Shown here in pieces: positions 9,400-18,403 of a DNA stretch of 21,671 nucleotides. Under the pieces are notes generated by a model that was given only the letters and a program-made list of their open reading frames with translations, was not told where the DNA came from and made no database searches. The position numbers were made by a program, and so were the translations under genes. Position 1 is the stretch's first letter, and every line of letters begins with the position of its first letter. Source of the stretch: Oligoflexus sp. (GTDB lineage: Bacteria > Bdellovibrionota_B > Oligoflexia > Oligoflexales > Oligoflexaceae); NCBI GenBank assembly GCA_041736305.1, contig JBGSTX010000033.1:1-21671 (forward strand), written 5' to 3'.

Positions 9400-10524
9400 G
9401 AAAGCCTGATCTCTGCGGAGCGTCAATCTATGATTTTCTCATCTTTGTTTTGCCGTCAACGCAGGGCCTTGCTCTCCTGCTTGCTGCTGGCTTTTTCAGG
9501 AACTCCTGCATACCTTGCTGCAGCTGAATTCCAAGGGGTTATGCGGGACGTCATCGCCGGCGTCGGCCACGTATCGAGCCCGGAGCGACCACTTCAGCCG
9601 AATGGCTTCCTATCTCCCTACCAATATCTCTTCCAAAGCCCTGCACCAGAAGGGACGGGAAGCTATCCTCTCAGCAGTGGATTTCTAATCAAGCCTACAG
9701 GCACCTTTGTGACCAGCTTTCGCGCCATCGATGGCGCGCATCACTTGGAAGTGACGGGGACTGATAAGCGTCGCTGGAGGGCAAAGCTGATTGGGGCCGA
9801 TCGCGCCTTGGATCTTGCTGTGCTGAAGCTCGAAGCAGGCAAGGGCGCTTCCCCAGGAAGTTTGGATTTTGGCGACAGTGAGAAACTAGTCCTCGGCGAC
9901 AAGCTTATGGCCGTCGGCCAACCGCTGGGTTTCGAAGCTTTCGTCAGCGAGGGAACCCTCGCCGCCAAGGGCAATGTTTTAGGCAGCGGTCTTTACAATA
10001 GATTCCTTCTCCTCAATCTACCCACCCACCCGGCGAATGCCGGTGGACCGATAGTCGATCGGCGCGGCAGAGTCGTTGCGATGGCCACTTACATTCCTAA
10101 AGGTCCCGCTACGTTAGGCTTTGGTCTTCCCAGTCAGCTCATGATAGGGGCGATTCGCGATATACTCCGACATGGAAAAATTGTAAGACCCTGGATCGGC
10201 ATAGTCGCGCGCAGCGTGCCTAATCTCGATAGCATCGGCGAGGTTTATGGAGCCCAGCAACGTTCGGCTGTAATCGTCGATAACCTTATTGTCGACGGCC
10301 CGGCGGCCAAGGCAGGGTTGCAGGTCGGTGATTTGATCGTGGCGCAGGGGGGTAAAGACCTCCGAAATCTCGTCGACCTGCAAGACCTCCTCTCCAGCAA
10401 AAAAGCTGGTGAAGTCCTCAAGCTCAAACTATTTCGTCGTAAGCAAGGCTATGTGACGATCGACCTTCTCCTGGGCGAGATTCCCAGTGCACGGGATCTT
10501 CCCGATAACGAAGACCTTCTCTAA
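9388..10524 (+). CDS. HtrA/DegP-like S1C trypsin-fold protein with one PDZ domain; catalytic His and Ser substituted
   Basis: Signal-peptide-like segment (ALLSCLLLAFSGTPAYLAAA). SSGFLI..GTFVTSFRAI (canonical GSGFII..GYIVTNNHVV), DLAVLK, PANAGGP (canonical PGNSGGP), PDZ RPWIGI...GPAAKAGLQVGDLIV. True start possibly 9430. Confidence 0.88.
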   Translation: MIYYESLISAERQSMIFSSLFCRQRRALLSCLLLAFSGTPAYLAAAEFQGVMRDVIAGVGHVSSPERPLQPNGFLSPYQYLFQSPAPEGTGSYPLSSGFLIKPTGTFVTSFRAIDGAHHLEVTGTDKRRWRAKLIGADRALDLAVLKLEAGKGASPGSLDFGDSEKLVLGDKLMAVGQPLGFEAFVSEGTLAAKGNVLGSGLYNRFLLLNLPTHPANAGGPIVDRRGRVVAMATYIPKGPATLGFGLPSQLMIGAIRDILRHGKIVRPWIGIVARSVPNLDSIGEVYGAQQRSAVIVDNLIVDGPAAKAGLQVGDLIVAQGGKDLRNLVDLQDLLSSKKAGEVLKLKLFRRKQGYVTIDLLLGEIPSARDLPDNEDLL

Positions 10525-10535
10525 ATGGACAACAG

Positions 10536-12098
10536 ATGAGAGCTACGTTTTTCGCTTTTTGTGCGACTTGCCTCGCTATGAGCTGCCGCAGTGTACCGAA
10601 CGAAGATGGTGATAGTCAGGTCGCAAATTTCTCGCTGGATATACTGAACACGCCTGAGGGAGCACCCGAGTGGGACGAGGTTCGGGTCATTTTGGAAGCC
10701 GTACCGGCGTCAGATGATATGATTATACGAAGTTTCAAACAGTCCGCTTTTACGACGGGAACAGCCGAAGACATCGGCTTGAACGTCAGCTATGGCAGCT
10801 ACACTATCGATATAGAGTACTTTGATGCAAGCGGCGCGGTCATTTACCGCGCCTGCCAGAGTGAGCGGGACCTGCTCAGGGAAATCAATGAGCCGCACTA
10901 CAAAACCAAAGTAAAAATTTGCCTCATCGATCAGTTTGGTAATGAATCGCGCATGTTCGCTTCTACGAAACTCAGCCCCCAAGAGCAGGCGGCTTTGAAA
11001 GGTGCTCGTAGTTCACAACTCCGCTCTCTCACGGGCAGTACACCTCTTAAGATAGATCTCCAGAGCATCGCACGAAACACTAAATTTCCGAGTTTTCCTA
11101 GCCTCATTTTCGCCCCTAAGCAAGGTAACGATTCGCAGGGACATACTTTTCTCATGTTGGTGGGCCATCAGATATACCAGCAGGCTCTGCTCGCCTCTGA
11201 AAATAAAAATTTCGTGCACGCGAGCAATGCCGCAATACTCCTGCGCAAAATCATTGAAGTCGACCTGAATTTTTTGAACGATCCCGCTAACCCAGAGCAA
11301 ACCAATGACAACCGCTTTCTCCTGGCTGCTTGGTTTATTTCGAACGTCGCGCGAGGCGCTCTCATCCTCGACAAAAGCACGCCTGCGGACTGGCGTCAGA
11401 AAGAGAACTGGCCTGCGCTCAAATCCAAGCTCAACGCCTGGATCAACAGCACCCCGCGCAGCAAAGCCGATTCTCGCTTCAAGCCCATGTTCGCTCTGAT
11501 AACTGACAAGGGCACCAAGAATTGGGTGAATCTTCAGGACTCCAAAGCCGGTGCCACCAACCGGACCTTCGCGCTGCTCGAGGCTGAGATGCGAGTAGCC
11601 GAGCTGCGGCTGGGCTCACCCTCTGCCCAGGCCAGTCTACAGGCTGTATTCAATACCTTTCGCAGCTATCTTCCCAACTATTTTACCCGGGAAGAGGACT
11701 GTCTTGGCGATCCACGTTTAGGACCTAACCCTCGTTTGCGCTGTCTCAAAAACAAGGATGAACCGCGTGGCGATACCTTTCATCCGTTGATGGGTCTAGC
11801 GTCGATCGTCCATATTGTTGAGATCGCGAAGCGAAACAAATTAAACCTTCCCGCCGCAGACACAGAAAAAATCCTTAAAGGCCTTCGTTGGGGTGCAGAC
11901 AACAATACCGCGCGTTCAGGAGGCTTTCAGGAACAGGATGTAAACTCAGGAATAGATCTTTGGGAAGTGGCGCAGCGACTCTATACTATCGAGCAGCTAG
12001 GGCCGCTGGTAAAACGCGACCGCGACAGGAATCGAAGCATGTTGCATAGGGCTGGTCTCGCATGGGGTTACAGTCTGATCGCTGCAGGCAAATATTAG
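10536..12098 (+). CDS. Putative lipoprotein with N-terminal beta-rich domain and C-terminal alginate-lyase-like alpha-helical domain
   Basis: Lipobox-like LAMS-C17. C-terminal motifs 'NDNRFLLAAWFISNVARGALIL', 'TNRTFALLEA', 'FRSYLPNYF', 'RGDTFHPLMGLASIVHIVEIAKRN' and 'LAWGYSL' follow the order of motifs in the Alginate_lyase-like family as recalled. CDS certain, function tentative. Confidence 0.55.
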   Translation: MRATFFAFCATCLAMSCRSVPNEDGDSQVANFSLDILNTPEGAPEWDEVRVILEAVPASDDMIIRSFKQSAFTTGTAEDIGLNVSYGSYTIDIEYFDASGAVIYRACQSERDLLREINEPHYKTKVKICLIDQFGNESRMFASTKLSPQEQAALKGARSSQLRSLTGSTPLKIDLQSIARNTKFPSFPSLIFAPKQGNDSQGHTFLMLVGHQIYQQALLASENKNFVHASNAAILLRKIIEVDLNFLNDPANPEQTNDNRFLLAAWFISNVARGALILDKSTPADWRQKENWPALKSKLNAWINSTPRSKADSRFKPMFALITDKGTKNWVNLQDSKAGATNRTFALLEAEMRVAELRLGSPSAQASLQAVFNTFRSYLPNYFTREEDCLGDPRLGPNPRLRCLKNKDEPRGDTFHPLMGLASIVHIVEIAKRNKLNLPAADTEKILKGLRWGADNNTARSGGFQEQDVNSGIDLWEVAQRLYTIEQLGPLVKRDRDRNRSMLHRAGLAWGYSLIAAGKY

Positions 12099-12123
12099 AA
12101 CTTAAGCCCTAAAAATGAACCGC

Positions 12124-12158
12124 GCCAGGTATCAGTAGATACCTGGCTCTTATTTTTT
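12124..12158 (+). terminator. Rho-independent terminator
   Basis: Perfect 10-bp stem GCCAGGTATC-agta-GATACCTGGC (12124-12147) followed by TCTTATTTTTT. Confidence 0.75.
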
Positions 12159-12167
12159 ACGCTCCGT

Positions 12168-12196
12168 TTGACCCTCTAGACGCCTCTCGTTATACT
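12168..12196 (+). promoter_or_regulatory. Sigma70-type promoter of tkt
   Basis: TTGACC (12168-12173), 17-nt spacer, TATACT (12191-12196). RBS GAGGA at 12229-12233. Confidence 0.75.
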
Positions 12197-12238
12197 GCCG
12201 GCCTCAAGCAACCTAAGACTCAGCATGCGAGGATAGCC

Positions 12239-14197
12239 ATGAGCGACTTACAGACCATGAATATATTGAAAGGCCTGGTCATCGATGCCGTCGATAAGGC
12301 CAAGTCAGGACACCCCGGTGGGGCCATGTCCAGCATGGACTATGCCTATCTCTTGTTCACTGAATATCTCCGCTTCGACCCGGATAGTCCCAGCTGGCTA
12401 GGCCGCGACCGCTTCGTTCTGAGTGCCGGTCATGAATCGATGCTTCTCTACAGTTTTCTCCATTCTATTGGCTGGCTCGAGATGGACGATCTCAAACGCT
12501 TTCGCCAGATGAAATCGAAGACCCCTGGTCATCCAGAAAACTTCGTGACGCAAGGGGTCGAATGTACTACGGGGCCGCTCGGACAAGGCGCGGCCATGTC
12601 GGTAGGTTTCGCCATCGCTGCGCGCCATCAGCAGGCCGTCCTCGATGAGAAACTTTTCAGTCACCGCACCTTTGCCCTGCTAGGTGACGGTTGTATGCAA
12701 GAGGATATTACTCTAGGCGCGGCTTCCCTTGCCGGCCATCTCAAGCTTGCTAATCTGATCTGGTATTACGACAGGAACGGCGTACAGATTGCGGGTAAAA
12801 TCGACCGCGTAGCTTCCGACAATTATGCCAAGGTCTTTGATGGCATGGGCTGGGAAGTCCTCGAAGTCAACGGACACGATCATGCGGCGCTCAGGAAGTC
12901 TCTCGATCGTGCGCAGGCTAAACGCGAAAAGCCCCTGCTCATCATCGGCACGTCTATCATGGCTCACGGCGCGCACTCAATGGAAGGGAGCGAAGACACC
13001 CACGGCTCCCCCTTACCAGCCGACGAACGCCAGAAGACCCGCGCAAAGTTAGGTCTACCGAGCGACAGCTTCTATGCGCCCGCCGAATTCTACCAGCACT
13101 TCCGCCGCAACTTTTCTAAGCGGCGCGAGGAAGTAAGCGCTTGGAAACAACGTTTCGAAGAACGGATGAGCGACGCTTCGTTCAAGAAAACTTTTCAATC
13201 TTATTACGACGCCGATGTTTATCAGAACTTGCCGCAGCTCAGCTGGCCGAAGGATAAGGAAATCGCCACCCGTAATGCTTTTGGCGAAGTACTGGCGAAG
13301 TGGGCCGATTCTGTACCGAGTTTGATGGGTGGCAGCGCCGATCTCGACGGCTCGAACATGACGGAAGACTTTGTCGAAAAGGTCGGTGATTTCGGCTGGA
13401 ATCAAGCCAAAAATCGCAATATCGCTTTCGGCGTGCGCGAGTTTCCTATGTCGGCGATCTGCAACGGCCTCGCACTCCACGGAGGGATCGTTCCCTTCGA
13501 TGCCACCTTCCTGAGTTTCGCCGACTACTCGCGCGCCGCACTCCGACTCGGAGCTTTGCAGAAGGCGCGCGTTATCCATGAATTTTCGCACGACTCTTTC
13601 TTTCTCGGCGAAGACGGCCCCACTCACCAGCCGGTCGAACATGTAATGTCACTCCGTCTAATTCCCAACTTTTACCTCATGCGCCCGGCTGATGCTTATG
13701 AGACGCAGATTATGATGGAAGTGGCTCTCAATCTCAAAAACAGTCCCAGCGCCCTCTGTCTTTCGCGTCAGAAGTTACCGATTCTCCCCGTCTCCAGCGA
13801 AGTCGTCAACCAGGCTCGCTACGGGGCTTATGCTGTCCTCGACTGCGAAAACCCTGAGCTCCTGATCATCGCTACGGGTAGCGAGGTATCTCTGGCTCTT
13901 GCCGCAGCTACTCATCTCAAAGGTCGGAAAGTAAAAGTTGTCTCCATGCCTTGCTGGGAACTCTTCGATGAACAGCCTAAAAGTTACCGTGACAAAGTAC
14001 TCAGTCCCAACTGCAAGGCACGGGTTTCGATCGAAGCCGGTGCAACCCTAGGCTGGCAGAAATTCATTGGTATCGAGGGACTAGCGATAGGTCTCGATCA
14101 CTACGGCGACAGCGCGCCGGCCTCTGACCTCGCCAAGGAGTACGGATTTACTCCTGAGCAGGTAGCGACGAAAATCAAAAACTACTTTGGCAGCTGA
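12239..14197 (+). CDS. tkt: Transketolase
   Basis: SGHPG, RDRFVLSAGHES, TPGHPE, TTGPLGQG, GDGCMQE (TPP motif), GGSADL, FGVREF, GEDGPTHQPVE, IATGSEV, VVSMPCWELF. Confidence 0.97.
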   Translation: MSDLQTMNILKGLVIDAVDKAKSGHPGGAMSSMDYAYLLFTEYLRFDPDSPSWLGRDRFVLSAGHESMLLYSFLHSIGWLEMDDLKRFRQMKSKTPGHPENFVTQGVECTTGPLGQGAAMSVGFAIAARHQQAVLDEKLFSHRTFALLGDGCMQEDITLGAASLAGHLKLANLIWYYDRNGVQIAGKIDRVASDNYAKVFDGMGWEVLEVNGHDHAALRKSLDRAQAKREKPLLIIGTSIMAHGAHSMEGSEDTHGSPLPADERQKTRAKLGLPSDSFYAPAEFYQHFRRNFSKRREEVSAWKQRFEERMSDASFKKTFQSYYDADVYQNLPQLSWPKDKEIATRNAFGEVLAKWADSVPSLMGGSADLDGSNMTEDFVEKVGDFGWNQAKNRNIAFGVREFPMSAICNGLALHGGIVPFDATFLSFADYSRAALRLGALQKARVIHEFSHDSFFLGEDGPTHQPVEHVMSLRLIPNFYLMRPADAYETQIMMEVALNLKNSPSALCLSRQKLPILPVSSEVVNQARYGAYAVLDCENPELLIIATGSEVSLALAAATHLKGRKVKVVSMPCWELFDEQPKSYRDKVLSPNCKARVSIEAGATLGWQKFIGIEGLAIGLDHYGDSAPASDLAKEYGFTPEQVATKIKNYFGS

Positions 14198-14215
14198 AGC
14201 TTAGCTTGCAAGAGA

Positions 14216-14261
14216 GCCGAAATTGGTGAACCATGAGGTCCACTGATTTCGGTTTTTTTTT
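14216..14261 (+). terminator. Rho-independent terminator after tkt
   Basis: GCCGAAATTGGTG (14216-14228) pairs with CACTGATTTCGGT (14241-14253) using G-U pairs, with an inner ACC/GGT stem, followed by a T9 run (14253-14261). Confidence 0.75.
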
Positions 14262-14287
14262 CGTGATCTGCGCTTTGAGGAGTAGTT

Positions 14288-16714
14288 ATGACGCTCAGAA
14301 TAAACAGAGTAGCTGTGCTCGGCGCTGGGGTGATGGGAGCGCAGATTGCGGCTCATCTAGCGGCTGCCGGTGTTCGCACCCACCTTCTCGACTTGGCGGC
14401 GGAAGCTCCTCCCCAAGATCCGAAGCTCGCTAAGCTAGTGGGTAAAAAGTTCCGTTCGACAGCCGCCCTGCTCGCCATTGAAAATCTCAAGAAGTTGAAG
14501 CCCTCCCCTCTCGCCTCCGATTCAATCCTAGCCAATATCATTCCTGGCAACTTCACCGATGATATTTCGGTGCTGCAGGACTGCGACTGGGTGATTGAGG
14601 CTGTAGTCGAACGCATCGATATTAAGAAAATGATGCTAGCGAAGATAGCCGCCAATACCAAACCGCATATTCCCATCACGACGAACACTTCCGGCCTCTC
14701 GCTCGAGAAAATGTCGGAAGATCTCGACGAATACTTCCACCGTCGCTTTTTTGGTACCCACTTTTTCAATCCCCCTCGCTATATGAAGCTGCTCGAGATC
14801 ATCCCTCATCCTGAAAACGATAAGGCTTTAGTCGGCGAGCTGGCGGCATGGATTGAGAAATATCTGGGTAAAGGCATAGTCTATGCCAAAGACACCATAA
14901 ATTTCATAGCCAATCGTGTCGGCGTCTTTACAATGATGGCCTCCTTCAAACATCTCGACGAGCTCGCTCTCAACATTGAGACGGTCGATGCGCTTACAGG
15001 CAAGACTATGGGTCGGCCTTCTTCAGCGACTTTCCGCACGACCGATGTCGTCGGCATCGATACTTTCGCCCACGTCGCAAAGAATGTTTACCTATATGCT
15101 CCTGACGATCCTTATCGCGATCTCTTTCAGCCACCGAAGTGGATAGAGCATCTGATCAGCAAGGGCTCACTCGGCCAGAAGACGAATTCGGTAGGTCTCT
15201 ACAAGAAAACTACCGACGAAAAGGGTCAGACCGAGATTCTCGCCTATAGACCTGCGACCGATAGCTACGCATCCCAGCAAGTACAGGAATTTCCCTGGGC
15301 TGAAGCAGCCAAAAAAATTCCTGATACGATAGAGCGTTTGAAATTCATTCTTGGGCACAACGATGCGGGTGCGCAATATATCTGGCGAACCCTGCGCGAC
15401 ACCTTCGCCTATAGTGCCATCCTGCTGGCCGAAATCGCTGACAACCAACCGCAGGCCATCGATAATGGGATTAAATGGGGCTTCAACTGGGAATGGGGTC
15501 CTTTTGAACTTTGGCAAGGACTCGGCTACGACACCGTCCTAGAGCGCATGAAAGAGGACGGAGTGAAACTCCCGGGCTGGCTGAAGGCAGGTATCAAGTT
15601 CTACAAGCCGGCTCCTAACTCCAGCGAGTGGCATCTCACCGGTCCGACCTCGCAGTACCAGGGCGAGCTTGGCAAAGAACGCGGCATCGTCAAAGCCCCT
15701 CAACTCTTCTTCCTCCCGAAAAGCCAAAATGCTGACGATCGACGCGTCGTCCTCGCCAACAAAGGCGCCAGCCTCGTTGACATCGACGACGGCATAGCCT
15801 GTCTGGTCTTTCACAGCAAGATGAACGCTATCAGCAACGATATTGCCGATATGATGTTTAAGTCTTTCGACAAAGTAAAAAGCGATTTTGCCGGACTCGT
15901 CATTGCGAATGATGCAGAGGTATTCTCAGCCGGTGCTGATCTCAAGCAGATCCTGACTGCGATCAAGGAAAACAAATTCGACTCTATCGATCAGCTGCTC
16001 CGCCGTTTCCAAGCGATACTGCAGATGATCAAATATGCGCCCTTCCCCTCGATATCCTGCCCTCAAGGTCTGACGCTGGGTGGTGGCTGCGAGGTTACCC
16101 TGCATACCAGCGAGCAGATTCTGGCCGGCGATACTTTTGCCGGTCTAGTCGAGGTTGGGGTCGGTTTGATTCCAGCCGGCGGTGGTACGAAAGAGTTGGC
16201 TCTCCGCGCCTACGCACAAGCAGCTAAGGGCGAAAATGCCGATCCAATGCCCTTCCTGCAAAAAGCCTTCATGCTGATCGCGATGGGCAAGACCTCGACC
16301 TCAGGACTCGAAGCTGTTGAAATGGGGCTTTACGGCAACAAAGCCAGCGTAACTCTCGCCCGGGATTATCAGTTGCAGTTTGCCAAGAAGCGGATCCTAA
16401 GCCTGGTCGATAGCGGTTATCAGGCGCCTTTGCCTATTACCCAGATAAAGGTAGTCGGAGATGCCGGGATCCAAACTTTCAACATGATGTTATATAACAT
16501 GGTGCAGGGCCGCCAAGTCTCTCCCTATGACGCTTTGATTGCCGAAAAGGTGGCGACTGTCCTCTGCGGTGGTGAGATCGATGCCGGCCATACCGTGAAC
16601 GAAGAATATTTCCTCGAGCTCGAGCGCCGGGTCTTTCTCGAACTCTGCCGGGAGACGAAGACTCAGGAACGCATCGAAGCCATGTTGAAAACCGGAAAAC
16701 CCTTACGTAATTAA
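14288..16714 (+). CDS. fadN: 3-hydroxyacyl-CoA dehydrogenase / enoyl-CoA hydratase (FadN-type domain order)
   Basis: Rossmann VAVLGAGVMG, EAVVE, TNTSG, GTHFFNPPRYMKLLE. C-terminal crotonase FSAGADL, LGGGCE, GLVEVGVGLIPAGGG. Ends with TGKPLRN. RBS GAGGAG at 14277-14282. Confidence 0.92.
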   Translation: MTLRINRVAVLGAGVMGAQIAAHLAAAGVRTHLLDLAAEAPPQDPKLAKLVGKKFRSTAALLAIENLKKLKPSPLASDSILANIIPGNFTDDISVLQDCDWVIEAVVERIDIKKMMLAKIAANTKPHIPITTNTSGLSLEKMSEDLDEYFHRRFFGTHFFNPPRYMKLLEIIPHPENDKALVGELAAWIEKYLGKGIVYAKDTINFIANRVGVFTMMASFKHLDELALNIETVDALTGKTMGRPSSATFRTTDVVGIDTFAHVAKNVYLYAPDDPYRDLFQPPKWIEHLISKGSLGQKTNSVGLYKKTTDEKGQTEILAYRPATDSYASQQVQEFPWAEAAKKIPDTIERLKFILGHNDAGAQYIWRTLRDTFAYSAILLAEIADNQPQAIDNGIKWGFNWEWGPFELWQGLGYDTVLERMKEDGVKLPGWLKAGIKFYKPAPNSSEWHLTGPTSQYQGELGKERGIVKAPQLFFLPKSQNADDRRVVLANKGASLVDIDDGIACLVFHSKMNAISNDIADMMFKSFDKVKSDFAGLVIANDAEVFSAGADLKQILTAIKENKFDSIDQLLRRFQAILQMIKYAPFPSISCPQGLTLGGGCEVTLHTSEQILAGDTFAGLVEVGVGLIPAGGGTKELALRAYAQAAKGENADPMPFLQKAFMLIAMGKTSTSGLEAVEMGLYGNKASVTLARDYQLQFAKKRILSLVDSGYQAPLPITQIKVVGDAGIQTFNMMLYNMVQGRQVSPYDALIAEKVATVLCGGEIDAGHTVNEEYFLELERRVFLELCRETKTQERIEAMLKTGKPLRN

Positions 16715-16735
16715 TACAGGACGGGAGCAAAAAAG

Positions 16736-17917
16736 ATGCGAACAGCCTATATCGTGAGCCCTTTGAGGTCAGCCGTTGGGAAAGCCATGCGGGGAACCCT
16801 ACGGACCAAACGTCCTGACGAACTCTGTGCTGATGTCATAAAAGCGATTTTGAAGGCTAATCCTTCAGTAGACCCCAAGACTATCGATGATGTGATAATC
16901 GGCTGTGCGATGCCGGAAGCTGAACAGGGTATGAATGTGGCCCGTTTCGCTCTTCTCCTCGCTGATCTCCCGCAGTCGGTTCCCGGGGTCACGGTCAACC
17001 GCTTCTGCAGTTCGGGACTGCAGACCATAGCCATGGCAGCTTTCCAGGTTCAAGCCGGAGGCGCCGAGTGCATCCTCGCGGGTGGAACCGAATCGATGAC
17101 TCTCGTGCCGATGATGGGACACAAACCAGTCGGTAGTCGCAAGGTACTCAAAGACGGTCGGGAGGATTATTACCTCAGTATGGGTCTGACCGCGGAAAAC
17201 GTCGCGAAGGAATATAAGATTTCTCGGGAAGACCAGGATCGTTTTTCCTTCGAATCCCATAAAAAAGCGGTCGCAGCCATCGAAAAGGGTTGGGCGAAGG
17301 CCGAAACCGTGCCGGTGCAGGTGAGTTTTCGTTCGCCAGGAGCAGACGGCACGGTACAGATTCAAGAGCAGACCTTCGATACCGACGAAGGCGCTCGCGC
17401 TGACACCACCTTTGAAGTTCTTTCCGCTCTCAAACCGGCGTTCAAGGCTGGTGGAACGGTTACAGCTGGCAATTCCTCGCAGATGTCCGACGGGGCTGCG
17501 ATGTGCATGGTCGTCTCTGAAGACTATCTCAAGCGCCATAATCTCAAGCCTATGGCTCGCTTTGTCAGCTTTTCGGTAGCTGGAGTTCCGCCACGGGTCA
17601 TGGGAATAGGGCCGATAGAAGCTATTCCTCGCGCCCTCAAAATGGGCGGACTCTCGCTGAAGGATATCCAGCGCATCGAACTCAACGAGGCTTTCGCGGC
17701 TCAAGCTCTAGCAGTCCTCCGCTTTCTAGAGATCGATCCCTCGATAGTCAATCCAGGTGGCGGCGCGATTGCTCTCGGTCATCCTCTAGGAGCGACAGGA
17801 GCCAAGCTTACGGCGACACTTCTACACGGAATGCAGCGCGATAAACAGAAATATGGCATTGTATCGATGTGTATCGGGACGGGAATGGGAGCTGCTGGAG
17901 TTTTTGAGAAACTTTGA
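16736..17917 (+). CDS. fadA: Acetyl-CoA C-acyltransferase (thiolase)
   Basis: NRFCSSGLQ (catalytic Cys), TAGNSSQMSDGAA, ELNEAFA, GGAIALGHPLGATG, SMCIGTGMGAA. RBS GGGAG upstream. Confidence 0.95.
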   Translation: MRTAYIVSPLRSAVGKAMRGTLRTKRPDELCADVIKAILKANPSVDPKTIDDVIIGCAMPEAEQGMNVARFALLLADLPQSVPGVTVNRFCSSGLQTIAMAAFQVQAGGAECILAGGTESMTLVPMMGHKPVGSRKVLKDGREDYYLSMGLTAENVAKEYKISREDQDRFSFESHKKAVAAIEKGWAKAETVPVQVSFRSPGADGTVQIQEQTFDTDEGARADTTFEVLSALKPAFKAGGTVTAGNSSQMSDGAAMCMVVSEDYLKRHNLKPMARFVSFSVAGVPPRVMGIGPIEAIPRALKMGGLSLKDIQRIELNEAFAAQALAVLRFLEIDPSIVNPGGGAIALGHPLGATGAKLTATLLHGMQRDKQKYGIVSMCIGTGMGAAGVFEKL

Positions 17918-17935
17918 GAAGGACTTTGCATGATG

Positions 17936-17962
17936 AGTGGCTCGCCTGCTGGGTGAGCCGCT
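17936..17962 (+). other. GC-rich hairpin downstream of fadA (possible terminator or mRNA stabiliser)
   Basis: AGTGGCTCGCCT-gct-GGGTGAGCCGCT forms a 12-bp stem with three G-U pairs on the + strand. No U-tract follows. Confidence 0.4.
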
Positions 17963-18024
17963 GCTCTGCCCACCGTAGGATCGCGAAATGGCTGCTAGTA
18001 ACATTCTGTTAAGTAAGGCGCTTT

Positions 18025-18393
18025 ATGGCAAAGATCCTCATTGTCGATGACGAAGTTGATATCTGCGAAATGATGTCGTTCACCTTCGAAAGCCATGGCT
18101 TTGAAACCTTAGTGGCCACCGATGCGGCCGAGGCCTTCGACCTGGTAAAAAAACAGGATCCAGACCTCGTAGTGAGCGATATTCGCATGCCTAAAGGTGG
18201 TGGAATGAAACTGCTGGAGGATATCAAGCGCCACAACCCCAAACGACCACTGGTATTTTTGATCACAGGCTATAGCGATAAGACGCGCGAAGAAGCAATA
18301 GCCCTTGGGGCTGAAGATGTCCTTTCGAAACCCATCCGACTGCAGGATCTGGTCGAAAAGATCGAAAAGGCCCTTAAAAAAAAGAGCTCTTGA
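18025..18393 (+). CDS. Single-domain CheY-like response regulator
   Basis: ILIVDDE, VSDIRMP (phospho-Asp), ITGY, SKP. Receiver domain only; no kinase in the window. Confidence 0.92.
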   Translation: MAKILIVDDEVDICEMMSFTFESHGFETLVATDAAEAFDLVKKQDPDLVVSDIRMPKGGGMKLLEDIKRHNPKRPLVFLITGYSDKTREEAIALGAEDVLSKPIRLQDLVEKIEKALKKKSS

Positions 18394-18403
18394 GCGAAAA
18401 TGA

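Noticed and set aside
13055-13642. 195-aa - strand ORF, and the other short ORFs nested within long genes
   Set aside because: Antisense or off-frame shadows of tkt and other well-supported CDSs.
16865-17704. 279-aa - strand ORF
   Set aside because: Antisense shadow of fadA.
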